NCBI GenBank assembly: GCA_046530935.1
Contig: JBHEQW010000003.1
Span: 107-64,106 of the forward strand
Source of the DNA: Arsenophonus sp.
Lineage (GTDB): Bacteria > Pseudomonadota > Gammaproteobacteria > Enterobacterales > Enterobacteriaceae
Reading direction: 5' to 3'
Length of the DNA stretch: 64,000 nucleotides
The notes beneath the pieces are model-generated. The model was not told the DNA's origin, made no database searches, and saw only the letters and a program-made list of their open reading frames with translations. Positions 25,235 to 35,385 of this stretch are shown piece after piece. Positions within the stretch are counted from its first letter, which is position 1; each line of letters begins with the position of its first letter. The translations under genes and the position numbers were made by a program.

Positions 25235-25753
25235 ATTAAATTCACGCGCAAAGTATTTAAAACTTTTTGCTAATTACTATATTCAATTTCTTTATTTGCA
25301 TTAGTTTCTCCAACAGTTATTTTCATAATAAATTTGATTATGATGTGATCAGGCTAGTTATATTGTGGATAACGTAGGGCTCCAGGAAATACATTAGTAA
25401 TAGGTGGTTTCCACTGAGTTTTAGCTAAAAATTTACGGATATAAGCATTTATTTCGGATGTATTTTTGCCATTTTTTCTGGCTATTAAATTACCACGAAA
25501 AATGCACTTGGCATGGCATTCAACTCTTTTTGGTAGTTTTGTGCAAAATTCAACACCGCAGGATTAAAATGATCATAACGAATTGACAGACAGACCAATA
25601 CTTTTTTTGTAAATAGAAAGATTAAAGTCTTTATCCATATTTAAATCTCTGACATTATATTGCTTTCCTTCTTTATGTAAAAATTCAGCAATTTCAAGTA
25701 TTATTTTTTTTAGTTTAGCAATTTTTACGAGAGTAAAGTAGAAAACAGCTCAT
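25235..25753 (-). pseudogene. hemG: hemG pseudogene (protoporphyrinogen oxidase)
   Basis: It lies 32 bp downstream of trkH, as in E. coli. MSCFLLYSRK.. parallels MKTLILFSTRDG. ..IGLSVNSL.. parallels VIGASIRYG. ..RKFLAKTQWKPPITNVFPGALRYPQYN*PDHIIIKFIMKITVGETNANKEIEY.. parallels [53 protein letters not shown]. Several stops and frameshifts. Confidence 0.8.
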
Positions 25754-25785
25754 CTGTGTTACCTATAAACTTTATATAAATGATT

Positions 25786-27237
25786 TTATTCTCGCCAAAA
25801 GGTTGGCGTGAAAAGAACGAGTAAAGTGAATACTTCCAATCGTCCAAATAGCATAGTGACAATTAGGATCCATTTTCCAGTTGGATTCATGGAGGTGAAA
25901 TTTTCAGCTACTGAGCCCAATCCTGGCCCTAAATTATTTAACGTTGCTGCAATTGAGGCAAAAGCAGAAAACTCATCTACGCCGGTAGCAATTAATAATA
26001 ATAAGCTTATAATAAAAACCAATGCATAAGCAGAAAAAAAACCCCAAACTGCTTCAATAATACGTTCAGGTAATGCTCTATGGCCTAATTTTATCGTATA
26101 GACAGCATTCGGATGTACCAATCGTTTTAACTCTCGTGAACCCTGTAAAAATAATAATAAAATTCGAATAACTTTTAATCCACCTCCTGTTGATCCGGCA
26201 CACCCACCTAGAAAAGCTGCAAAAAGTAACAATATCGGTAGAAAAAGCGGCCAATTTGCAAATCCATCGGTACTAAAACCAGCTGTTGTTGCCACAGAGA
26301 CAACCTGAAAAAAGGCTTGATCAAATGTTTGTAATACTGAATCATAAACTGAATGATATAAAAGTACTAACGTACAAATGACTATTAAAACTAATTGAAA
26401 AGCAATAAACACTCTAAATTCAGGATCGCGCCAGTAAATTGTCAAACCACGTCCAGATAAAACAGAGAAATGAAGAGCAAAATTGCAACCAGAAATCAGC
26501 AAAAAAATAGCAATAATAGTATTGATAGTAGGGCTATTAAAGTAACCAATACTTTGGTCATGAGTAGAAAATCCACCAATAGCAACAGTAGAAAAGCTAT
26601 GGGAGATAGCATCAAAAATATCCATGCCAGCACCCCATAATGCTATTGCACAGACTATCGTGAGCAAAATATAAATTAACCAAAGTGTCTTTGCTGTTTC
26701 CGCAATTCTTGGGCGCATTTTATTGTCTTTAAGTGGGCCAGGCATTTCTGCTCGATAAAGCTGCATTCCACCTACTCCTAGTAAAGGTAGTATGGCTACA
26801 GCTAAAACAATGATCCCCATACCACCTAACCACTGCAACATCTGTCGATAAAAAAGTATTGCTTTTGGTAAAGTATCTAACCCAATTAATGTAGTTGCTC
26901 CAGTTGTTGTTAAACCAGAAAAAGATTCAAAAAAAGCATCGCTAAGCGAAAGATGAGGGCGATCAGAAAAAATAAAAGGTAATGCTCCAACGCTACCTAA
27001 CACGGTCCAAAAAAGGGCAACGATCAGAAAACCTTCTTTAGGTTTTAGATCATGTCGACTATTTCTGTTTGGTATCCATAGCAATAAACCTATAATTAAT
27101 GCAACAAGAAAGGTCTGGCTAAAGGCACGTCCTGATCCATCTCTATAGATCAATGCCACTATACCTGGAATAATCATAGTAACAGAAAATAAGATAACGA
27201 GTAGCCCTACAATTCTGGTTATGGCTCGAAAATGCAT
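25786..27237 (-). CDS. trkH: Trk-system K+ uptake protein TrkH
   Basis: 483-aa ORF. MHFRAITRIVGLLVILFS, GLTTTGATT, YRQMLQW.GGMGIIVLAVAILP, MQLYRAEMPGPLKDNKMRPRIAETAK, GCAGSTGGGLKVIR and the C-terminal FTPTFWRE are near-identical to E. coli TrkH. Confidence 0.97.
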   Translation of the reverse strand: MHFRAITRIVGLLVILFSVTMIIPGIVALIYRDGSGRAFSQTFLVALIIGLLLWIPNRNSRHDLKPKEGFLIVALFWTVLGSVGALPFIFSDRPHLSLSDAFFESFSGLTTTGATTLIGLDTLPKAILFYRQMLQWLGGMGIIVLAVAILPLLGVGGMQLYRAEMPGPLKDNKMRPRIAETAKTLWLIYILLTIVCAIALWGAGMDIFDAISHSFSTVAIGGFSTHDQSIGYFNSPTINTIIAIFLLISGCNFALHFSVLSGRGLTIYWRDPEFRVFIAFQLVLIVICTLVLLYHSVYDSVLQTFDQAFFQVVSVATTAGFSTDGFANWPLFLPILLLFAAFLGGCAGSTGGGLKVIRILLLFLQGSRELKRLVHPNAVYTIKLGHRALPERIIEAVWGFFSAYALVFIISLLLLIATGVDEFSAFASIAATLNNLGPGLGSVAENFTSMNPTGKWILIVTMLFGRLEVFTLLVLFTPTFWRE

Positions 27238-27299
27238 AAGTGGTTCCTTGAGAATCTAGTTATAACATTAAGATTTAGGAATTAAATTTAATACGCCTT

Positions 27300-27912
27300 T
27301 CTTACTCAAATTACGTAATTTATCAGTGAACTTTTGTTTAATATTGTGCTAGAAAGTGAAATTTTTAATATTATGTTTTTATTGTATTTTTGCGCTACAG
27401 CTCAGCACTTTTTGCTGACTATCGTATTAATTGCTCAATTATTTTTATAGGCATACATTCATAATGTATTAAATAATATTTTGAAGCACTTTTTGCTTGG
27501 CGTTTAAAAGGTTAAGTATTTTTTGATCGCTATTAGTATAACTTCTAACTAATCTGCTAGTTCTCAACTTTATGCCGCTAAAATAACGAACTACAACGAC
27601 GGTAATTTTAGCAATGGCTATAGCTAACAAAAAAACTGAGTGATTATCAGCTTCCTGCTATTCTTGTTGGCTCGGCAGCATCAAAAAAGCCTAATTTTTA
27701 GCAATCATAAGGCCACCAACTTACCAGGCACATAGTATGTCCAGCAATGATGGTTGCATCTGGTAAATAACTATGTTTAATAATTTGGATAAAAATTTTG
27801 CTTCAGCAATTCCATTAGTATCTTTTCAAGATATCTAATAAACCAGTTTTTTTAATTCTTTCAGTAATAAGAATCAATTCTTCTGGTATCAAACAAGAGC
27901 TAATTATTTTTA
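27300..27912 (-). pseudogene. yigZ: yigZ (IMPACT-family) pseudogene
   Basis: It lies between pepQ and trkH as in E. coli. ..SCLIPEELILITERIKKTGLLDIL.. parallels SWLIPAAPVTVVEEIKKSRFITML. ..LPDATIIAGHTMCLV.. parallels HPDARHHCVAWV. ..ITVVVVRYF.. parallels ITAVVVRYYGG. Multiple stops. Confidence 0.7.
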
Positions 27913-27924
27913 ATATAAATTGCA

Positions 27925-29213
27925 TCATATTTTTAACTTTATTTTCATATATAATGATATATCTTTGAATACAAATACCAGCATAGAGAATAATGGATGC
28001 AACTTTATACAAGTTAAAATATTTATTAACGATCCTTCACTACAAGGAGCCAACAGTGTCTTTATAAAGTAGAGATCATGTTCAATAGCTAATACCATAG
28101 CAGGTTCTAAGATAGAACTATTTGCAACATAAGAAAGAATAATATTCTGGTGCAGCCAAAGAAATTCCAGTTTTATCTTGCATCAACCCAGCAATATCAT
28201 GAACTTGTAATTTAAAAATATGGCCTAGCTTAAACCAATGTAGAAAAATGGTAATGTAAGCCATTTTTTTATATTGGCTATTTATTAGATATTATGAATA
28301 ATGATATGATCTACTAATAAAGATGCAATATGTTGATGCAACTCTTGATGATATGCAATATAATGCAAACTGGTTTTAATTGTATCGATCAATATCTGTT
28401 TTTACTATCTAATTCGTTAATCAAATTAGCGAGTTCATCATTATTTTTAGCCGTATAAGAGTATGCGTAATATCTGCTGCATAACAGTAATATTCAGAAT
28501 GCGAATCAATTAAAAAACCATACATTTTCTTTAAGGTCTTCTATTTCAATAATTTAGTGTACTGGATGGAATAGTACTGAATGATTTTCATTGAATGCAA
28601 TAATATTAGTATATGGGGGAAGGGCTAATATCTGATCGATCCGTTGTCTAAAAATAACTGATATTAATATTAAAATTTAGTTGCTTCCTGATAAAAAGCC
28701 TTACTAAGCTGTATAATGACCATCTATTGGTATTGTTGTGCTTGCTGTAAAAGCAACTCAATTCATAATTTAGCTTAATAATCACGATGAAAATAAAAAT
28801 AATTTAATAGTGATTTATTATTAATGGTAATCAATAACATTATTAATGTTAATCACTAAAATGCAAATTCTTTAGATTGATCAATATAACCACTATGTTT
28901 TTATCTAATTGAGATTAGATCTTTTTTAGGATAAGATATTTTATGCTAATAGTCAATCTGTAAATAAAACCATAATTTAAGATTGCTAACTTCATTAACT
29001 AATAACCAATAGTTAGCAACCTAATAGGTAGGCATGATTTGAAATGTGAATTACCTTTGAATGGATAATAATAGTCATCAAAAAAAACGCCTTTCGTGTT
29101 TTTCAGAATGAAAAAAAGTAAGGCATTCAATTTATTCTTTTTAATACATTCTGTGTATGTTACATATAATGTATTCAAATGTTTTTGATATTGACTATCT
29201 AAAAACTTTCCAT
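27925..29213 (-). pseudogene. pepQ: pepQ (Xaa-Pro dipeptidase) pseudogene
   Basis: MESF*IVNIKNI.. parallels MESLASLYKNHI. ..DDYYYPFKGNSHFK.. parallels DDHPYPFKVNPQFK. ..YELSCF.. parallels YELACM. ..PPYTNIIAFNENHSVLFH.. parallels VPYSNIVALNEHAAVLHY. ..GICIQRYIIIYENKVKNM.. parallels GIRIEDNVVIHENNVENM. The span of about 1.29 kb compares with 1.33 kb expected. Many frame breaks. Confidence 0.8.
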
Positions 29214-29469
29214 TTTTAGTTCATCTATTATTATTGCTAATATTTAGTTATTTAACAATATATCATATTTAATATTAATTAAAATTTAATAAATACTTTT
29301 TTTAAATAAAAATCTAGTTTTTATCAATAAAAACAAACAAATAAATACTGGCGAGTTTTTAATAACCCATATAATTTGTTGTAATCACTCTAGCATATTT
29401 TTTATATTTAATGTGTGTTTTTAATAAGAAGTACACTACTAATTACTAGTTGTACTATATGGAAACCAT

Positions 29470-29960
29470 ATGAGAAAAACTGTGCTCTATCAAAGTAATA
29501 CTATTCATGTGATTGAATAAAACCTAGTATTGTTAAATTGATATTTAACTCAGCAAATATCATTAATAAATTTGATTTGGAAACCCTTGATTTACTAAAA
29601 TAAAGCTATTTATTATTGGCTATAAAACAAAAAACCTTAAGTTAATTAAAATGGCTTATTTTGATTTTACAAAAACCAACTTTTATTGTTAGTGTAGATA
29701 TTAAAATAATTTTTCTTGCTGTTTAATGTATCAAAATCACAAATTTACCAATGGCTAAAGTTTGTGCACTGTATATTTAATCGTATAAGCCTCTACTTAT
29801 CAAGACACGTAGCTTCCATTAATATTTATGGTTTATGTATGGAATGTTGAGCACGAAATCACTAATAGATTAGAGTATCTCTATACCAGATCTGAAAATT
29901 GGATTCTTTGAAATCAAACTAGATATTAGTAATCCTAGATTTGCTGATTTAGTATGAGTT
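29470..29960 (+). pseudogene. fadB: fadB 5' remnant, divergent from pepQ as in E. coli; truncated by the IS481 copy at 29960
   Basis: ..VLYQSNTIHVIE*.. parallels MLYKGDTLYLDW. ..SQIYQWLKFVHCIFNRISLYLSRHVASINIYGLCMEC.. parallels [39 protein letters not shown]. Stops are present. Confidence 0.7.
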
Positions 29961-31975
29961 TGATCTCTAATTATTATATAGATTTTAGTCTGCATTCCTA
30001 TTCATTGCAAGATGGCTACTGATGTATATATAGTTCATGAAAAAATATCATGATGATGAAGATACATCATCAGGCAAGTAGAATACCTAAAATCAAAGCT
30101 GTTCTTTTTAGGTTAGCAAAGATCCTTCATCTACTTTATACTTTAGCTAAGCGTTATGGCATATTTGAACTTACTTTTTCTAAAGACCAAAAAACTAAAT
30201 GATGTTAATGACCTGCTATGTTAACAAATGTTGTTGCTTGGTTTTCAGAGCAATATGTAATCAGGTTTGTATTCCAACTTACTGAAGTTTTAAGTAAGCT
30301 TTTCAAGCTATATAATTCGGTAAATAAAACTATCCCACACTACACCATGAAATTCACTAAGGTAGATACTTTTAATCTGCTGATATAATTATTCATATGT
30401 TAAATGTAGAATTCTTTACAAATAGTTTTATGATTATTCAAAGTTATTAAGCTATGCCGAGTAATTTCATCTTACTGCAAAGGTTTCGTACCATTTAGTT
30501 CCATCCTAGAAAATGATGAACTTTATCGATGATCTTCTCAAGAAACGGCTAACAGACTCTCTGGATTAAATTTTTTAAGAATTTAATTGCTTATATTACC
30601 ACCTGTCGATCTCAGGCAATGAAAGCCGTGCGATTTATTTTTTCTTTTTATATCCTGGTCTACTACTCTTTTCTAGCATTCCTGCGTTGGATATAACTCT
30701 TCTTTTTAAAGAATTCAGAGAAAAATATTTCATCGAATTCAACAATACTACTTAATATATTTTGGCTATCGCTGATAAAGCAATGAAGCAGCGATGCCAT
30801 CTAAACTCTGTTTTAAATCAACTTCTTTAACCAACAATGTAAAGCAAATCTATTCAATATACATCGTAGAGATAAAGTAAAGGATTTATACTTGTGATGT
30901 AGTTTAATTAGAAGAATTTCAGTAAGTTTATTAAATGTTTGTCTGCAATCGGTATATTTTGCAACGATATCGATGTAATCTTAATGAATTTCATATAGCA
31001 GATAATATGTTCACTGTAACAGTATGATCCGGATAAAGTGGAATGAGTTGCTTCAATTCATCAATTTTAACTCATATAATAAATTATCGCAGAACTAATT
31101 AATAATATGCAGCTTTATGCTAGTATGGAGTAAGGATAGAGTCCCTTTTATCTATATGATTGTTTGCTTTTTCATAGAACCATCTGTGCGAAATTTTTCA
31201 TATAATATAAGGATTTCTAGCAACAATCTTTGCCAACATAGCCTGATGATCATAACCATATTACTTATCATTTTCAGCCGATGCTATCGGCTGCTCATGA
31301 AGAAGCCAGTAATCTTTTTTTCTGACACAAAGGTTTTTTCTCTTGAGGAGATATTCTGGAAGGCTTACAAGTACGTGAATTTTTGAGCAACGTTTACTAA
31401 ATCTGCCATAGATATATGTTTATCTAGGTACTGAGTGTTGAGTTTATGTGATAATGTTAAAGCATAGTTGGATAGGCGCTTCTGGCTCAGAAGCGAACTA
31501 TAAAGCATTTAAACGCTATAAGTCTAGTTTATCTGAACATCTAGATGTTAAATATGTTCCAAAAATGCAAAACAAAACTTAATGAAATTATCTTTTATAG
31601 GTAGAGATCACTAAATTAGATAGATTTTTATTAGTCCTGATAAAAGATCGAACGTAGCACAGTATGGTATGAGCAGCGTAGCTTCGCAGTTCATACTGTA
31701 TATGTTACTTTTTAATAAAGCTAAACGTCCAAGTTATATGATAATGAAATATCTTATAACTAAAGAATACAATGTAGGCTCTTCTGTTAATATAAAAACA
31801 CTGGTTGGCAAAGAATTACTCGATTAAAAAGTTTCTATCCATTTAGTTAAGATCTATATATCAATTGATATGGTAGATTTTTTTAGAAATTTACATACTG
31901 ATTTTGAGATTGCTGAAGAGCAATACTAATTAATCCAAAAGTACTTTGATTACAGTTATGTATTATTAATGAAAG
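29960..31975 (+). mobile_element. IS481-like transposase pseudogene, copy B4, carrying a nested ISAs1 copy
   Basis: A left-end ..ttattatatag.. motif is present. The N-terminal part runs to 30214 and resumes at 31243 (..ctgatgatcataaccatattac..), collinear with copy B2. The right boundary is approximate. Confidence 0.55.
30215..31242 (-). mobile_element. ISAs1-like pseudogene, copy C4, full length, inserted into IS481 copy B4
   Basis: The inverted repeats are gctatgttaacaaatgttg (30215) and ..ctttgccaacatagc (31242). It is flanked by diverged direct repeats, taatgacc and tgatgatc, of the IS481 target sequence. Confidence 0.65.
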
Positions 31976-32123
31976 AAGCTCAAAAATTGTGGAGAGATTT
32001 AGATTAGTGATTGGGATGAACAACGCTTTCCAAAAAATAGAAATACCTAACTAAGATTTAGATAAATAGATCAAGGAAGATGCTAGATTAATCATATTCC
32101 TTGATTTGTTGTTCAAAGATTAG

Positions 32124-32444
32124 TTAATTACGCAATTGTGGTGCTCTAAGTTGAGTTTTAATTGATTCTGACAATTCATCTAAAGATGAATGTTCTGGGT
32201 GTTCATCATAACTTTCATAACTTATCTGGGCTTCAGCCAGATAAGTGTGAATAGCTTCGCCATTATCATCTTCCATAACGACATGGTACCATGGAGCGGA
32301 GCGTAGAGCTATATTAGCTGCAATATCATCATATTGTGGTTTGTCAAGAGAGTATTTGGCGTCAACGTCCACTATTACTCCAAGATAACCTAGTAGTTTG
32401 TGCCTTACTTGTTGCCCAATACTAAATTTACTGGTAGTCATCAT
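32124..32444 (-). CDS. hspQ: Heat-shock protein HspQ (hemimethylated-DNA binding, YccV)
   Basis: 106-aa [36 protein letters not shown]...HTYLAEAQ and the C-terminal QL.AP.LRN match E. coli HspQ. Confidence 0.93.
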   Translation of the reverse strand: MMTTSKFSIGQQVRHKLLGYLGVIVDVDAKYSLDKPQYDDIAANIALRSAPWYHVVMEDDNGEAIHTYLAEAQISYESYDEHPEHSSLDELSESIKTQLRAPQLRN

Positions 32445-32966
32445 TGCTACCTCCTAAAGGCTTGCATATTCTATAGGTAATGATATGTGTGGGTAATAAT
32501 ATAGATTTCAATCGTATCACTTTCTTATGCTTGTTTCTTAATGATTCTAATCTAAGAAGATTAAAAACTCTATACTATGATGGTATATGTTGTTTAGATA
32601 ATAAAAATAACATGTTGAAGTTATTATTTATAATTAGATTGAATTAAACTTAAAAAGATAGATAAAAATTATTATAAATTGGCTAATTTAATGTATATAA
32701 GTTTTTTCTTATAATATAACTCTTTATTTTGGAAAGAGGATGAACTATAAAACTAGGTTTATAATCGATATGATGGACTGTCAAGATAAAAGCTTTCGAT
32801 AAGATAAAAGCTTTTGATATTTTTATAGCAAATTAAGTAACTAGAGGATTTGGTAAGCTGCTAGGCTTGCCACAAGTAGTCGCTAAAATTGGATATTATA
32901 AAAATGAAAAGTATTTTTTTTTGGAAAAAAGCAGTGAATTTTTAATTCTGAACTTACCGTAATAAG

Positions 32967-33296
32967 TCAAATACATTTTACCGGTTTAGGTAAACCGGCA
33001 AATTTTGTTGCTTGCTTCGCTGGTCCTTTTGGAAAAAGGCGATAAAGATAGCGACTATTACCAATATCCTCACCATATTTTTTAGCAATTGCCTTTACTA
33101 AAATACGAATAGATGGGGAAATATTAAATTCTAGATAGAATTCACGAATAAAACGAATAATTTCCATATGTTGTTCCGTTAAAAAAATATTTTCCTGTTT
33201 AGCTAAAAGATATCCAATGGATTCACACCATTCTTGGCTATTTTTAAGGTAGCCATCTGCATCAGTATTAATTTCACGACCTTCAAATATAAACAT
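32967..33296 (-). CDS. tusE: Sulfurtransferase TusE (DsrC family)
   Basis: 109-aa ORF. M.IFEG.EI.TD..GYLK, FYLEFN.SP.IR.LVKA and the C-terminal [30 protein letters not shown] are near-identical to E. coli TusE. Confidence 0.95.
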   Translation of the reverse strand: MFIFEGREINTDADGYLKNSQEWCESIGYLLAKQENIFLTEQHMEIIRFIREFYLEFNISPSIRILVKAIAKKYGEDIGNSRYLYRLFPKGPAKQATKFAGLPKPVKCI

Positions 33297-33475
33297 ATAA
33301 TGTTTTTTAAATTTAAAAATATTAGTATACTAGCAAAATTAAACTCTTTTCTCAAGTTTTTTATTAAAATATCAATAAATTAACCAAATAATTATTTTAT
33401 AGCATAAATAAAAAGTGATTAAATTATATAAGGCTTTACAATTATTCAAGCTGTCTTTATAGTTTTGAGCATTGT

Positions 33476-33560
33476 GGAGGGGTGGCCGAGCGGTTGAAGG
33501 CAGCGGTCTTGAAAACCGTCGATGGGAAACCATCCGAGAGTTCGAATCTCTCCTCCTCCA
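33476..33560 (+). tRNA. serT: tRNA-Ser (anticodon UGA), serT-like
   Basis: Hand fold. The acceptor stem is GGAGGGG/CTCCTCC with one G.T pair. The D-arm is GCCGAGCGGTTGAAGGC. The anticodon stem is GCGGT/ACCGT with the loop CTTGAAA. The long variable arm is GATGG-GAAA-CCATC. The T-arm is GAGAG-TTCGAAT-CTCTC. Position 73 is A and no CCA is encoded (the next bases are TTT). It closely parallels E. coli serT. Confidence 0.9.
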
Positions 33561-33571
33561 TTTTTCTCTTT

Positions 33572-33690
33572 GACTTATTAGCAAAGTTGGTGTATAGAAA
33601 TCAAACTATACTCAGCTATGATGCTTTGTAAATCTGTTCTTTATCATTAAATTGAACTTTTTTTACTAGCAATGGTTATTAAAAGACGCC
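33572..33690 (-). mobile_element. IS256-like terminal fragment (C-terminal end only), 11 bp downstream of tRNA-Ser
   Basis: gacttattagcaaagttggtgtat.. followed by ..ctatgatgctttgtaaatctgttct..aaattgaac matches the outer ends of copies at 52061, 55366 and 44737. It is inverted relative to the adjacent full copy. Confidence 0.55.
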
Positions 33691-33706
33691 TAAATTCACT
33701 TAGGAA

Positions 33707-34981
33707 GAAGTTATTCTTATTTTTCTTGTATATGAGCCTTTTAGAGAGCTTTTATAGATGGTTCTGTGTCTTCATGATTAATTTTATGAATGATTTAATA
33801 ATAGAGAGTTGATATAGAATGAAAAAATCTAGCCTAGAGGTATCCACGAAACAAGATATTAGGTGTGATCCTTTGTATGAACGAACTAGGTACGCAATGT
33901 AGAAGCAAGGGTGACAAACAGGTGATAACTAGCGCTGTTGAGGATGCGCTTGAAAGGTATAACTGCAACAACATGCAGAACTCGTCTTGTTAGCGTGTAT
34001 GTCTGTCATGCTATCGTCTGGAACAATTATTTACTATAGCGAATATATTATATAGACTAGTATTGGCGATGTTGAAATTAAAGCATCTAAGATCAGGAAT
34101 CGAAGAGGCAACTAAATATGTTTTAATAGCTAGTTGCTACTGCTTTGTATGAAGTATGAACTTCTTTAGAAGTTTCTACAATACTCTGTCATAGTAGACA
34201 GATTATAACCACTAATTTTTATAAAGATTTTGTGGTGCTTTTCGGTGAATAAAGCACATGGTGTGTCTCTATAACAAGTACCAGCACTTAGACTAAAACA
34301 GCAATGGCTTGAAGATTACAGGCCATGGTGCCTACGTTATTTTAGTGATTATGCCATACGGTTATTTCTTGCCTTATGTAATATACACTCTCCTATAAGG
34401 CAAGGAGATATAGGATTTGCCGGCTGGCATTATCAGCGTAATTTAGCAGGGACATAAAGAGCTTTTGAGGTCGAAGATGATACTTGCTGAAAGTTAGAAG
34501 CTAACTTGACTTGGTTTCTAAATTCCCTTCGATCCTGTGGATTAAGAGTATCTTCAAGACCTTGCTAGTGGGGAGACTGGCTACCATTAATGTTTTGTTG
34601 GCAAGATTTTCAACTAAATATTCTGTAGCGATGAAAAAGCTGAAAAAGATCGAGAAGAACTGCTGGTATTTTAGCTAGTCCTGTCGGCGCACCGTGTGTA
34701 TTCTCAATAAGAACGACAAATCTAATTGAATTGGCTTTTGTGATAGTAAATCTAAGAAGTCGATAACTGAAGAAAACTGTAATTTGAGAAAAACAATCAT
34801 TTCCAATGGCGTTTAAGTTGCAACAGTTTCTTCAGAAAAGTTAGAACTTGCTAATGAGATTTAAGTTGCTTGTGTGAACCATTCTTCTAAACAACGTCCA
34901 ATTTTAAGGATATGAAGAACGGATTAATGAAGCATTATAGTATAAGCTTAAGCCGTCATACACCATATTTGTTAATAACTC
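33707..34981 (+). mobile_element. IS256-like transposase pseudogene, copy A3
   Basis: The inner-end repeat is gaagttattcttatttttc and the outer end is ..caccatatttgttaataactc at 34981. It is collinear with the other copies in reverse orientation. Many stops. Confidence 0.65.
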
Positions 34982-35385
34982 ATCTATTCAATATAGATTT
35001 CGCAGATAACTAAATCATTTATCATTTTAATATAGTTTCGCCAAAAGGACTTCTAGTAATATTCTTAAATGTTTTTCTGGAATCCATGGTTTTGCAGCGA
35101 TATCTCTATAATCCTAATGATGAATATCACAATAGAATAACATGTTCCGTCTGACACAATATGGCTAGAGATAAAGTGAAATAAGTTGTTTCACTGGATG
35201 AATAAATGTCATCTTACAGATTGTTAGCAAGCAAATTAATGATCTGCAGATTTATGTTGAGAGGAAAAAGTAACAAAAAAAGTCTCTTGATCTAGTATGA
35301 GTGTTTTCTTTTTCATGTCAAGCTCTATAGCGAAAATCCTTCATACGGTATAAGGGGATTTCTGCTAACAACCTTATCAACATAG
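34982..35385 (-). mobile_element. ISAs1-like fragment, copy C5 (N-terminal part), cut by IS256 copy A3
   Basis: Homology begins at atctattcaatatagatttcgcag.. and ends at the terminal repeat ..accttatcaacatag (35385). Confidence 0.55.

Noticed and set aside
25364-25372. Perfect DnaA-box-like 9-mer, TGTGGATAA
   Set aside because: It is a single isolated box inside the hemG pseudogene, with no cluster, AT-rich unwinding element or GATC array nearby. A chance occurrence is likely.
27815-28012. 65-aa minus-strand ORF that looks intact
   Set aside because: It is a chimera. Its first part is the decayed C-terminus of pepQ (..GICIQRYIIIYENKVKNM..). It reads through into the decayed N-terminus of yigZ (..SCLIPEELILITERIKK..). 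It is a chance open stretch across two pseudogenes.
33372-33584. 70-aa minus-strand ORF in the supplied track
   Set aside because: It runs antisense straight through the tRNA-Ser gene (33476..33560). The Arg/Ser/Pro-rich translation is the tRNA sequence read as protein.
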